DNA from: Promethearchaeota archaeon
GTDB lineage: Archaea; Asgardarchaeota; Lokiarchaeia; Sigyniarchaeales; SOKP01
Reading direction: 5' to 3'
Assembly (NCBI GenBank): GCA_016839765.1
Contig: JAEOTP010000065.1
Location: forward strand, 1-26,179
Length of the DNA: 26,179 nucleotides
Part shown: positions 17,377-26,143 of the stretch, in pieces
How the letters are laid out: every line of letters begins with the position of its first letter
How positions within the stretch are numbered: position 1 is the first letter of the stretch
Program-made: the position numbers and the translations under genes
The notes under the pieces: generated by a model
The model's input: only the letters and a program-made list of their open reading frames with translations
Databases searched by the model: none
Told to the model about the DNA's origin: nothing

Positions 17377-18837
17377 ATGAGTGATTATATATGTGTATTT
17401 GATGTAGGAACAACAGGGGCAAGGACAATTATATTCGATCTTGACGGAAATGAGATTGTAAAATCTTATGAACAATATCCTGTTATTAAACAACCGGTTG
17501 GGATATCAGAACAGGATCCCGAAATTTGGTGGACTGCTGTTAGAAATACATGTAATAAAGTGGTAAGAGCAATTAATCCTGATGATATAATAGGGATATC
17601 AGCGACATTTCTCCGAGGTACGGTAACAATGATTGATAAGAATGGTGAAGTGCTTCACCCCGCTTTAACTTGGATGGACGAAAGAGAAGCCCATACAGCA
17701 ATAGAATGGAAAAAGGAAGTTGATCTCAGAAGGTCGATTCCTAAAATACTCTGGGTTAAGAATAACAAACCAGATTTATTCAGTAAAACTGATAAAATTA
17801 TTCACACTGATTCCTATATATATATGAAATTATGTGAAGAATGTGTAACTGACCCATCAATTAGTATTTGGGGAATATTAAATAATAATTCACTTAAATG
17901 GGATGAGGAATTAGCGGAACGATTTGATTTACCCATAGACCTCTGGCCAGAACTGCATCAACCTGGAGAAATTATTGGTGAATTATCCAGTAGTGCTGCG
18001 GACGTTTTAGGTTTAAAGAAAAACATTCCGATTATAGTCGGGGGCGGTGATCAACAATGCTCAGCATTAGGATTAGGAGCTATTAACGTAGGTCAGGTTA
18101 AAGCGACTACTGGGACAGGAACATTTTTAGATTATGTTGTAGATCACCCCATTGAAACCGCAGGAGATTTTCCTATTTTTTCATTACCTTCTGTTTTAGA
18201 GGGTAAGTGGAATATTGAGGGTGTTTATCCAGGATCAGGTGATGCATTAAAATGGTTTGCGAATAATTTCTCACAATTACATCTTAAACAGAGCCAAGAG
18301 CAGGGTAAAAATGTGTATGATATGCTAACTTCAGAAGCAGCAACAATACCCCCTGGAAGTGGAGGATTGTTATTTTTAACGGGATTATCTATCTTCCGAA
18401 AAGGGACTATTCATGGTTTAGATTGGAATCATACTAGAGCACATATAATACGTTCGATAATGGAATCTGCTGCCCTGGGTACTCGATATTATCTCCAAAC
18501 AACAGAAGCAATGGGGCGTGAAAAAACGACTGAATTAAGAGTTGATGGAGGAGGAATGAATAGTGATTTATGGGCTCAAATTTTTGCAGATATAACAGAG
18601 AAAAAAATATTAGTTTCAGAGAATAAAGATGGTGCTGCTATGGGTGCTGCAATTTTGGGATTTATTGGGAGTAAAAGATATGATACTGTTGAAAAAGCAA
18701 TTGAAAATATGGTTAGATTTCCTACATTTAAAAATCCAATTAAAGAAAATTCAAAAATATATAAAAAATTATATAGAATTTTTCTGCCAACACTTCTAGA
18801 AGTTTATTCAAAAAAGCGAGTTACCAAAGATTTATAA
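17377..18837 (+). CDS. FGGY-family carbohydrate kinase (xylulokinase/glycerol kinase-like)
   Basis: FDVGTTG, EQDPE.WW, WMDER, GGGDQQC, TTGTG, DGGG..S.LW.QI.AD, AMGAA; SD AAGGTGAT at 17366-17373. Confidence 0.93.
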   Translation: MSDYICVFDVGTTGARTIIFDLDGNEIVKSYEQYPVIKQPVGISEQDPEIWWTAVRNTCNKVVRAINPDDIIGISATFLRGTVTMIDKNGEVLHPALTWMDEREAHTAIEWKKEVDLRRSIPKILWVKNNKPDLFSKTDKIIHTDSYIYMKLCEECVTDPSISIWGILNNNSLKWDEELAERFDLPIDLWPELHQPGEIIGELSSSAADVLGLKKNIPIIVGGGDQQCSALGLGAINVGQVKATTGTGTFLDYVVDHPIETAGDFPIFSLPSVLEGKWNIEGVYPGSGDALKWFANNFSQLHLKQSQEQGKNVYDMLTSEAATIPPGSGGLLFLTGLSIFRKGTIHGLDWNHTRAHIIRSIMESAALGTRYYLQTTEAMGREKTTELRVDGGGMNSDLWAQIFADITEKKILVSENKDGAAMGAAILGFIGSKRYDTVEKAIENMVRFPTFKNPIKENSKIYKKLYRIFLPTLLEVYSKKRVTKDL

Positions 18838-18860
18838 TTTTTTCTTTTTTTCCACTTTTT
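18838..18860 (+). terminator. Putative archaeal oligo-T terminator ending the flavoprotein/Fe-S/kinase operon
   Basis: TTTTTTCTTTTTTTCCACTTTTT directly after the kinase stop codon. Confidence 0.55.
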
Positions 18861-18965
18861 CATGATTAATACCTGTTAAAATTAGTAATTCTGAAAATTT
18901 AGTAAAGTATTTTTGAAATCTTTTATTTCAAAAATTATTAGCAATACTCAATAAGAATTTCTTGC

Positions 18966-19802
18966 ATGCCTTATTTCATTAATAAAGAGGGTTATAAACT
19001 CTACTATGAAGATATCAATGGTGATACAAAAGAAAGTACAGAGGGTACTATAATTTTACTTCATGGTTTTGCTTCTTCAGCATCTTTTTTTAAAGGTCAA
19101 ATCCAAATTCTTAGAATAAATTATCGAATAATAGCGTTTGATGCTTTAGGGCATGGAAGAAGCGATCATCCTCAAAAAGTGGATCTTTCAAAGAATCTTA
19201 GATATGATATTATTAGAGATCTTGAGGACCTCCTTGAATATTTAAACGTTGACGAGAAATATGGTATAATAGGTCATTCACTTGTAGGTGGAATGATTGC
19301 ACAATTAATCTGTATGAAACATCCCAAAGATATTAAATTCCTTATTTTATTAAATTCTGGGTACATAATGATTGATAATGTAATAAGGAACATCTTTTAC
19401 AATTTGCTTCCTTATTTTATCCGGATGAATTTTTTACAAGTAGTTGCTAATTCTATTGAGCATATTTTAGATAAGATTATTCCCTATATTTTAAGATCCT
19501 TAGCAGAATCAATAAATGGAATGAAATTAACAAAAGATAAATTGTATATGTTAATAGAAGAACAAATCTTTGGAATGATAAATGAAATAAGTGAATATGA
19601 TCCATCAAATATAAAATGTCCAACACTCATTATTGGAGGAAGATTAGATAATTTTGCTCCAGAACAAATGTCAGAAGAATTACATAAAAAAATCCCTAAT
19701 TCCAAGCTTGAAATAATAGATATGGCAGGCCATTTTGCTCCAGCTCAACGTAAGGAAGCAATTAATGAGTTAATATGTGAGTTTATAAAAAATCTAAAGT
19801 GA
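18966..19802 (+). CDS. Alpha/beta-fold hydrolase
   Basis: LLHGF, FDALGHGRS, GHSLVGG (Ser), PTLIIGGRLD (Asp), AGHF (His). Confidence 0.9.
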   Translation: MPYFINKEGYKLYYEDINGDTKESTEGTIILLHGFASSASFFKGQIQILRINYRIIAFDALGHGRSDHPQKVDLSKNLRYDIIRDLEDLLEYLNVDEKYGIIGHSLVGGMIAQLICMKHPKDIKFLILLNSGYIMIDNVIRNIFYNLLPYFIRMNFLQVVANSIEHILDKIIPYILRSLAESINGMKLTKDKLYMLIEEQIFGMINEISEYDPSNIKCPTLIIGGRLDNFAPEQMSEELHKKIPNSKLEIIDMAGHFAPAQRKEAINELICEFIKNLK

Positions 19803-19831
19803 ATAAATCATAATTCTTTTACTCATATTAT

Positions 19832-20212
19832 TTGGTATCTATGATGAATTCGAGTGAAAATGATAAAAATACTTCTATAGCTTTTTTCAAAGAAAAAGTT
19901 AATAATTTTGTTAGGAAACGTAATTGGTCAAATTATCATACGCCAAAAAATTTAATTCAGGCTTTGGGAATTGAAATTGCTGAGTTATCAGAACTGTTTT
20001 TATTTAAAGAATATAGTGTGGATGAGATTCTAAAAAACAAGAGTTTATTTGAAAGTATTTCAGATGAATTAGCAGACATTTTTATATATTTAATTAGTCT
20101 TGTAAATTGTTTAGGAATAGATTTAACTAAATCTTTCAATAATAAAATAGAAAAAAATGAAAGAAAATATCCTATTAAAGAATTTAATGATGGAAAGTAT
20201 TACAAAAAGTAA
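19832..20212 (+). CDS. MazG-like nucleotide pyrophosphohydrolase (dCTP pyrophosphatase 1-like)
   Basis: R.W..YHTPKNL, E.AEL.E.F, DELADI..YL, N..KYP motifs; ATG 19841 or 19844 is the more likely start. Confidence 0.88.
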   Translation: MVSMMNSSENDKNTSIAFFKEKVNNFVRKRNWSNYHTPKNLIQALGIEIAELSELFLFKEYSVDEILKNKSLFESISDELADIFIYLISLVNCLGIDLTKSFNNKIEKNERKYPIKEFNDGKYYKK

Positions 20213-20303
20213 AAATATGTATCTAAGGATTATTTTAGGATTAATAATCAGTATATAAAAGATATAATAAGATTTTTTATGCGAACTACTCTTTAATAAT
20301 AAC

Positions 20304-21281
20304 ATGGTTGTAGACAACATTGATGATGTAATCAAAAATCAATTAGATAAAACTCTAAATGAAACTAATCTTTCATCTTTAGGGAATTTATATAGAGGAA
20401 AAGTGCGTGATAATTATATTAAAGATGATATTAGAATTATTATAGCAACCGATCGCTTATCTGCATTTGATCGTGTAATTACCACGATACCATTTAAAGG
20501 GCAAATGTTAAATCAGGTTTCTTCATTTTGGTTTGACAAAACTAAAAATATTGTAAAGAATCATATTATTGATATACCTGATCCCAACGTAGCAGTAGTT
20601 CATCAATGTGATTTGATTCCAGTGGAGATGATTATTAGAGCATATATAACCGGAACAGCATGGCGTAACTATTTAAAGAACATACCTACTTCAGGCATTA
20701 AACTTCCAAAGAGGTTACAAAAGAATCAGAAATTAGATGATTTAATGATAACTCCATCTACTAAAGCAGAGTCAGGTCATGATATTTACCTTTCAAAAAG
20801 TGAAATAATTAAAAGAAAATATGTAGAAAAAGATATCTATGAAGAAATGGAGGATACTGCTATAAAACTATTTAGATTTGGACAAAAATATTGTGAGCAT
20901 AATGGACTTATTTTAGTTGATACAAAATATGAATTTGGTTTAAAAGATAATGAATTGTATGTAATTGATGAAATTCATACACAAGATTCTTCTCGCTTCT
21001 GGATGTTAGAATCTTATGAGGATAATTTTAAAAATGGAGAGGATCCTGAAATTTTAGATAAGGAAATCTTTAGGGGTTGGTTAATGAAAACTTATCCAGA
21101 GATCTTCCCTGATATAAGTCCAGATCAAGATATCCCTCCAATTTCATCAGATATTAAAATTGAATTAGCAAAAAGATACATGAGGAGTTATGCAAAAATA
21201 ACAGGATTCGAATTCAAAGCTGAGGTTGCAAATGTAGAAGAGAGAATTATTAAAAATTTACAAAAATATAATTATTTTTAA
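20304..21281 (+). CDS. purC: Phosphoribosylaminoimidazole-succinocarboxamide (SAICAR) synthase
   Basis: YRGKVRD, TDRLSAFD, TPSTKA, DTKYEFG, DEIHT.DSSRFW, LDKE. Confidence 0.96.
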   Translation: MVVDNIDDVIKNQLDKTLNETNLSSLGNLYRGKVRDNYIKDDIRIIIATDRLSAFDRVITTIPFKGQMLNQVSSFWFDKTKNIVKNHIIDIPDPNVAVVHQCDLIPVEMIIRAYITGTAWRNYLKNIPTSGIKLPKRLQKNQKLDDLMITPSTKAESGHDIYLSKSEIIKRKYVEKDIYEEMEDTAIKLFRFGQKYCEHNGLILVDTKYEFGLKDNELYVIDEIHTQDSSRFWMLESYEDNFKNGEDPEILDKEIFRGWLMKTYPEIFPDISPDQDIPPISSDIKIELAKRYMRSYAKITGFEFKAEVANVEERIIKNLQKYNYF

Positions 21282-21327
21282 GTTCACAAGAATAAATTTA
21301 TATATTAAATAATAGTAAATTTCTATT

Positions 21328-21531
21328 ATGTTTAGTTCTGTTTTATTGGTTGGCACCATCGGATTATTTGTTGTAAGTTTTATGTTAATAATAATTGATC
21401 TACTCTCAAGTAAAAGACATCAAAAAGCGCCACCAAATAAAAAATTCCCAAAATTAAGTACCTATAGTCTAATATTGACTCTTGTAAGTCTATTCCTTTT
21501 AGTTTTTGTAAGTTTAACCACTACAGTATGA
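21328..21531 (+). CDS. Small hypothetical membrane protein (2 TM helices)
   Basis: 67 aa; two hydrophobic stretches separated by a basic loop (SSKRHQKAPPNKKFPK). Confidence 0.6.
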   Translation: MFSSVLLVGTIGLFVVSFMLIIIDLLSSKRHQKAPPNKKFPKLSTYSLILTLVSLFLLVFVSLTTTV

Positions 21532-21662
21532 ATAATTTTTGTTGAAATTATTTTAAAATCGACTTTTTAAAAAATCTTCGGATTATATCGTATTTTGTCG
21601 GTGGATATTATTTATAAATTAATAAGAATTATTTTAATTATTATCTACCTTTTTTTTCATCA

Positions 21663-21935
21663 ATGATTTATTCAGAATTTATTATTGAGGTTGTATTAGA
21701 AAATAAACCTGCTGCTAGAGATCCTGTTGGGGAAACTATTAGGAGAGATTTACTAGCAAAAAAAGGCTATGATATGGTTTCTAATGTTCGAAGTGGACAA
21801 TATCTTAGATTTTATCTTACTGCTGAAAATGAGAAGAAAGCAGAAGAGATAATAGAAGAATTACTTAATAAGCTTAGAATATTTAATCCTGTTACTCAAA
21901 ATTTCAAGATTTTAAAACTACAAAAAGAGTCTTAA
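21663..21935 (+). CDS. purS: FGAM synthase subunit PurS
   Basis: K...DP.G.TI, VRSG, L..NPV motifs; 90 aa; directly upstream of purQ. Confidence 0.93.
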   Translation: MIYSEFIIEVVLENKPAARDPVGETIRRDLLAKKGYDMVSNVRSGQYLRFYLTAENEKKAEEIIEELLNKLRIFNPVTQNFKILKLQKES

Positions 21936-21940
21936 AAATA

Positions 21941-22648
21941 ATGAGTGTAAAAATAGCAGTTATAGATTTCCCAGGCAGTAATTGTGATTTAGATACTATA
22001 CACGTATTAAATGATGTAATTAATATTAAAGCAGATTTAGTATGGCATAATTATTTTAAAGAATCTAAGTATGATGGTGTTATCCTACCAGGAGGGTTTG
22101 CATTTGGTGATTATTTAAGAGCTGGAATTATAGCAGCCCATAGCCCTGCTATAGATGAAGCAAGAGTGATGCTAGAAGATGGAAGACCTGTAATTGGCAT
22201 TTGTAATGGCTTCCAAGTTTTAACAGAAGCACAATTTCTTCCCGGTGCGTTATTACAAAATGATACTCTTACTTTTATATGCAAATGGGTCATGGTTAAA
22301 GTAGAAAATAATGAAACTGCTTTTTCTAATAAAATGAATATCGGTGATATCTTAAATATTCCAATTGCTCATGCAGAAGGACGTTATTATATTGAAAATT
22401 TAAAAGAATTAGAAGAGAATAACCAAATCGTTTTTAGATATTCTAATGAAAATGGAGAATGCACCAAGGATTCAAACCCTAATGGTTCCTTAGCAAATAT
22501 CGCAGGAGTATGTAATTTAGAACGAAATTGTATTGGATTTATGCCGCATCCAGAAAGAGCCTCTGAATCAATATTAAGTCCTAAAGGAACATCCCATGGT
22601 AAAAATTTCTTTAATTCAATGGTGGAATTTATTAAAAAGAGGTTATAA
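21941..22648 (+). CDS. purQ: FGAM synthase glutaminase subunit PurQ
   Basis: FPGSNCD, LPGGF..GDYLRAG, GICNGFQ (Cys), IAHAEGRY, NPNGS, MPHPER (His-Glu). Confidence 0.97.
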   Translation: MSVKIAVIDFPGSNCDLDTIHVLNDVINIKADLVWHNYFKESKYDGVILPGGFAFGDYLRAGIIAAHSPAIDEARVMLEDGRPVIGICNGFQVLTEAQFLPGALLQNDTLTFICKWVMVKVENNETAFSNKMNIGDILNIPIAHAEGRYYIENLKELEENNQIVFRYSNENGECTKDSNPNGSLANIAGVCNLERNCIGFMPHPERASESILSPKGTSHGKNFFNSMVEFIKKRL

Positions 22649-22650
22649 TC

Positions 22651-24897
22651 ATGACGAAAGTTAAAGTTGATGAAAATGAATTAAATGTTGATTTAACACA
22701 ATCTGAAGTTGAATGGATACAAAATACATTAGAAAGAAACCCTTCAATTACAGAATTAGGTATGTTTGATGTAATGTGGAGCGAACATTGTTCTTATAAA
22801 TCATCACGACCAAAATTATCTTTGTTTGAAGATGCTGAAAAGAATTATGATTATGTTTTAGCTGGTCCGGGACAAGATGCTGGTGTAATTGATATTGGTG
22901 ATGGATATGCTTTAGCTTTCCGAATTGAGTCTCATAATCATCCCTCTGCTATTGAACCGTATCATGGTGCCGCAACTGGTATAGGTGGAATTATTAGAGA
23001 TATTTTATGCATGGGTGTACGACCTATTGCTTTATTAGATCCACTTCGATTTGGCCCATTAAAAGGTAATCCTCATTCTCAATGGTTATTTAAATATGTA
23101 GTAAAAGGAATAGCTGATTATGGAAATTGCACTGGGATACCAACTATTGGTGGAGAAGTCGAATTTGATAAAGATTTTGAAAGTAATTGTCTTGTTAATG
23201 TTGCCTGTATTGGATTAGGAACCATCGAGGATTTTAAACACGCTCCAAGCAGAGCTTATAATCCAGGAGATTACGTTATATTAATGGGAGGCTCAACTGG
23301 AAGAGATGGAATTCATGGGGTTACTTTTGCTTCAAGAACACTCACTGAACTTTCAGAAGCAGATAGACCAGCGGTTCAAATTGGCGACCCCTTTACTAAA
23401 AAAATGATAATCGAAGCAACTTTAGAAGCAATCAAAACAGGCTATGTAAGAGGTTTAAAAGATCTGGGGGGTGGAGGATTATCTTGTGCTTTAAGTGAAT
23501 TAACGGGAGATGGTGGAACTGGTGCTAAAATTGATATGAGAAAAATATTTACCCGAGAACCAAATATGAATTCATATGAGATTATGTTATCGGAATCCCA
23601 AGAAAGAATGGCATTTATCGTCAAACCAGAAGGATTAGAAGAAGTTTTGAATGTATTTCGAAAATATGAAATGGCGCATGCTGTACTTGGTCGTACAGAT
23701 GATTCTAAAATTCTCAGAGTCTATGACGGAGAGAATTTAGTGGTTAACCTTCCTGCAATCGCGCTTTCAGAATCTCCGACTATTCCTCGTAAAGAAAAAC
23801 GTCCTGAATATCTCGATAAGTTATTAACTGAAATAACGCCAGAACCTTCTAAAACTCTTGATGAGCTCATTTATAAATTAATTGCTTCTGAAAATATTTG
23901 TAGTAAAGAATGGGTATATAGGCAATATGATCACGAAGTTGGAGTACGATCTGTTGTAAAATGTGGGGATGGGGATTCAGGCGTGTTACGAATAATAGGT
24001 ACAGATAAATTTATTGCTGCTAGTGTAGGCACCAATTCAAAACACTGTTATCTAGAACCGTATGAAGGTGCTAAGGAAGGTATTGTTGAAGCATGTGGAA
24101 ATGTGATTGCAAACGGTGCTAAACCAAAAGCGATGGTAAATTGCTGTAATTTTGGAAATCCTGAAAAACCCGAATCTTTTTGGTATTTTGCCGAAGCTGT
24201 GAGGGGAATGGCTGATTGCTGCAAAAATTTAAGGATTCCGGTGGTTGGGGGTAATGTCTCATTTTATAATGAAGATGAAGTTAGTAATACTGCAATCAAG
24301 GCCACACCTGAAATCATGATTGTAGGAATTATTGAGGGCGAAGAAAACATAATTACTTTACCATTTAAAGAAGTTGGAGATCAGATTCTTATAATTGGAG
24401 AGACTAAAGCGGAATTGGGAGGATCAGAATATCATTCTGTTATATATGACCTTGAAGGAGGTATTCCACCAAAGGTAGATGAAAATCAGATAAATTCAAG
24501 ATGGAATTTTATCCAAGAATTATATAAAAAGAAACTTATTAAAGCAAATCATGACGTCAATAAAGGCGGCTTCATAATTACTATTGGAGAAATGTGCTTT
24601 AAAAATGAACTAGGGGTGAAATTAGATTTAAAAGATTATAATAACTATAATTTACGAGATGATGAATTACTATTTAGTGAATCGGTAGGAAGGTTTATTA
24701 TCGAGACAAATCCTAAAGACCATAATGAAATTATGAAATTAGCTAAGGAATTTAAAGTATACGTAAAAAATGTTGGAGTTTTGTCCCAAAATCCTATTAT
24801 CGAGGTTAAAGGTTTAAAATCTGGAAAACTTGAACTTGATGTTATAAAAATGAAAAATCTTCATAACTCAACTATACCAAATCTCATGGAGATTTAA
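22651..24897 (+). CDS. purL: FGAM synthase subunit PurL (small type)
   Basis: MWSEHCSYKSS, ESHNHPS, GRDGIHG, DLGGGG, SESQERM, QYDHEV, NFGNPE, GGNVSFYN. Confidence 0.97.
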   Translation: MTKVKVDENELNVDLTQSEVEWIQNTLERNPSITELGMFDVMWSEHCSYKSSRPKLSLFEDAEKNYDYVLAGPGQDAGVIDIGDGYALAFRIESHNHPSAIEPYHGAATGIGGIIRDILCMGVRPIALLDPLRFGPLKGNPHSQWLFKYVVKGIADYGNCTGIPTIGGEVEFDKDFESNCLVNVACIGLGTIEDFKHAPSRAYNPGDYVILMGGSTGRDGIHGVTFASRTLTELSEADRPAVQIGDPFTKKMIIEATLEAIKTGYVRGLKDLGGGGLSCALSELTGDGGTGAKIDMRKIFTREPNMNSYEIMLSESQERMAFIVKPEGLEEVLNVFRKYEMAHAVLGRTDDSKILRVYDGENLVVNLPAIALSESPTIPRKEKRPEYLDKLLTEITPEPSKTLDELIYKLIASENICSKEWVYRQYDHEVGVRSVVKCGDGDSGVLRIIGTDKFIAASVGTNSKHCYLEPYEGAKEGIVEACGNVIANGAKPKAMVNCCNFGNPEKPESFWYFAEAVRGMADCCKNLRIPVVGGNVSFYNEDEVSNTAIKATPEIMIVGIIEGEENIITLPFKEVGDQILIIGETKAELGGSEYHSVIYDLEGGIPPKVDENQINSRWNFIQELYKKKLIKANHDVNKGGFIITIGEMCFKNELGVKLDLKDYNNYNLRDDELLFSESVGRFIIETNPKDHNEIMKLAKEFKVYVKNVGVLSQNPIIEVKGLKSGKLELDVIKMKNLHNSTIPNLMEI

Positions 24898-25019
24898 ATA
24901 ATATCTTAAAGCCGAATATTATACCCTAAACTATTTTTAATTTGACTTATTTGTTTTGGATAAACAAAATTTTATTACCTAGAAATTCTTCTAAGTAATT
25001 GTAAAAAATTCTATTCAGA

Positions 25020-25238
25020 ATGGTGTGGGGTATAAGAGTACGAGCTTGTATTAAATGTAAAGAATATGTTGCAATTCATCCAAATGATCCACAAAATCAA
25101 GTTAAAATACACGAATTTGAAAGAAGACACCATCTTCACACACTTATTACAGTAAATCTTGATGAGGTAAAAGATTCCTATCAAATATATAGAAATAATG
25201 GTTCAGAAAATTCGAGTGAAGGATTAGAGGTTTCATAG
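25020..25238 (+). CDS. Small putative zinc-binding protein
   Basis: 72 aa with CIKC followed by FERRHHLH (C-x2-C...H-x2-H). Confidence 0.65.
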   Translation: MVWGIRVRACIKCKEYVAIHPNDPQNQVKIHEFERRHHLHTLITVNLDEVKDSYQIYRNNGSENSSEGLEVS

Positions 25239-25268
25239 AAATATTTTTGTTGGCCTGTTTGTTTTATT

Positions 25269-26054
25269 TCACAAATAATCTAAAACTGATTTAAAAGAAT
25301 CAATAATGAGAAAAGGTGTTGTGTTTTTCATAGATGGCTTATAATGAACTCCTTTTCCAGTTCTAACCAATATAGATTTTATACCTACATTGTTAGCTCC
25401 TTGAATATCTGATTCAAAATCATCTCCAACTACGATACAATCACTGGATGTGAGGTTTAATTTATTTAATGCTTGATTGAAAAATTCTATTGATGGTTTA
25501 CCGAATATTTTGTAAGGGACATTTGCTGCATCTGCTAACATTTTTACGAACGAACCTGTATCAATTACAGGTTCACCTTTATAGTCTAAAAAGTATCTAT
25601 TTCCTTGGGTTCCAAATAACTTTGCACCCTTTAATATATATTTAAAAGCACCATTCAATCGAAAAACATCCCAATTATCCCTAAAATCTGCAATTATCAC
25701 ATAATCAGGTATTTCGTCTCCCTGCACTGAACTAAATTCGCTAAATTCATCCTCAATTTCTTTTGTAGATATTAAAAATATTTTTTTCTGGCGATGTACT
25801 GATAAAAACTTTTTTAGCGCAATAATAGGCGTAAATAATTCATCTTCCTTAACATTAAATCCATATTCTAATAGGCTTTTATAAATTGATTTCGGAGTCT
25901 CACTATCTGTATTAGTAAAAAATAGAAGTTTTATTCCCTTCCGTCGCAGTGTAGATACGGTTTCAATTGCTCCTGGAACTGGAGACCCTTTAAAATATAA
26001 AGTTCCATCAATATCAGATAATATACCTTTTATGTTTTCCAGTTTCTTTTTCAT
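25269..26054 (-). CDS. HAD-superfamily subfamily IIA hydrolase, LHPP/HDHD2-like
   Basis: DIDGTL (motif I), FTN (II), GKPS (III), VGDD..SDI.GA (IV), LVRTGK. Confidence 0.9.
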   Translation of the reverse strand: MKKKLENIKGILSDIDGTLYFKGSPVPGAIETVSTLRRKGIKLLFFTNTDSETPKSIYKSLLEYGFNVKEDELFTPIIALKKFLSVHRQKKIFLISTKEIEDEFSEFSSVQGDEIPDYVIIADFRDNWDVFRLNGAFKYILKGAKLFGTQGNRYFLDYKGEPVIDTGSFVKMLADAANVPYKIFGKPSIEFFNQALNKLNLTSSDCIVVGDDFESDIQGANNVGIKSILVRTGKGVHYKPSMKNTTPFLIIDSFKSVLDYL

Positions 26055-26096
26055 TAATTTAGAAATAGAACTAATCTCTATATTTATATTTATATC

Positions 26097-26114
26097 AAAA
26101 AAAGAAAAAAAGAG
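26097..26114 (-). terminator. Putative oligo-T terminator of an upstream minus-strand gene
   Basis: Minus strand reads CTCTTTTTTTCTTTTTTT about 30 nt after a candidate stop at 26144. Confidence 0.4.
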
Positions 26115-26143
26115 ATTAGTGGAATATTTTTTAATTTTAAGAA

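Noticed and set aside
1095-23624. Short ORFs in the supplied track (1095-1280, 4437-4637, 4782-4997, 5355-5573, 7078-7293, 8975-9232, 12263-12544, 14828-15055, 15412-15621, 19484-19705, 19957-20139, 20123-20335, 22111-22293, 23442-23624)
   Set aside because: All are antisense to, and mostly or wholly overlap, well-supported genes, and show no motifs; they are typical shadow ORFs.
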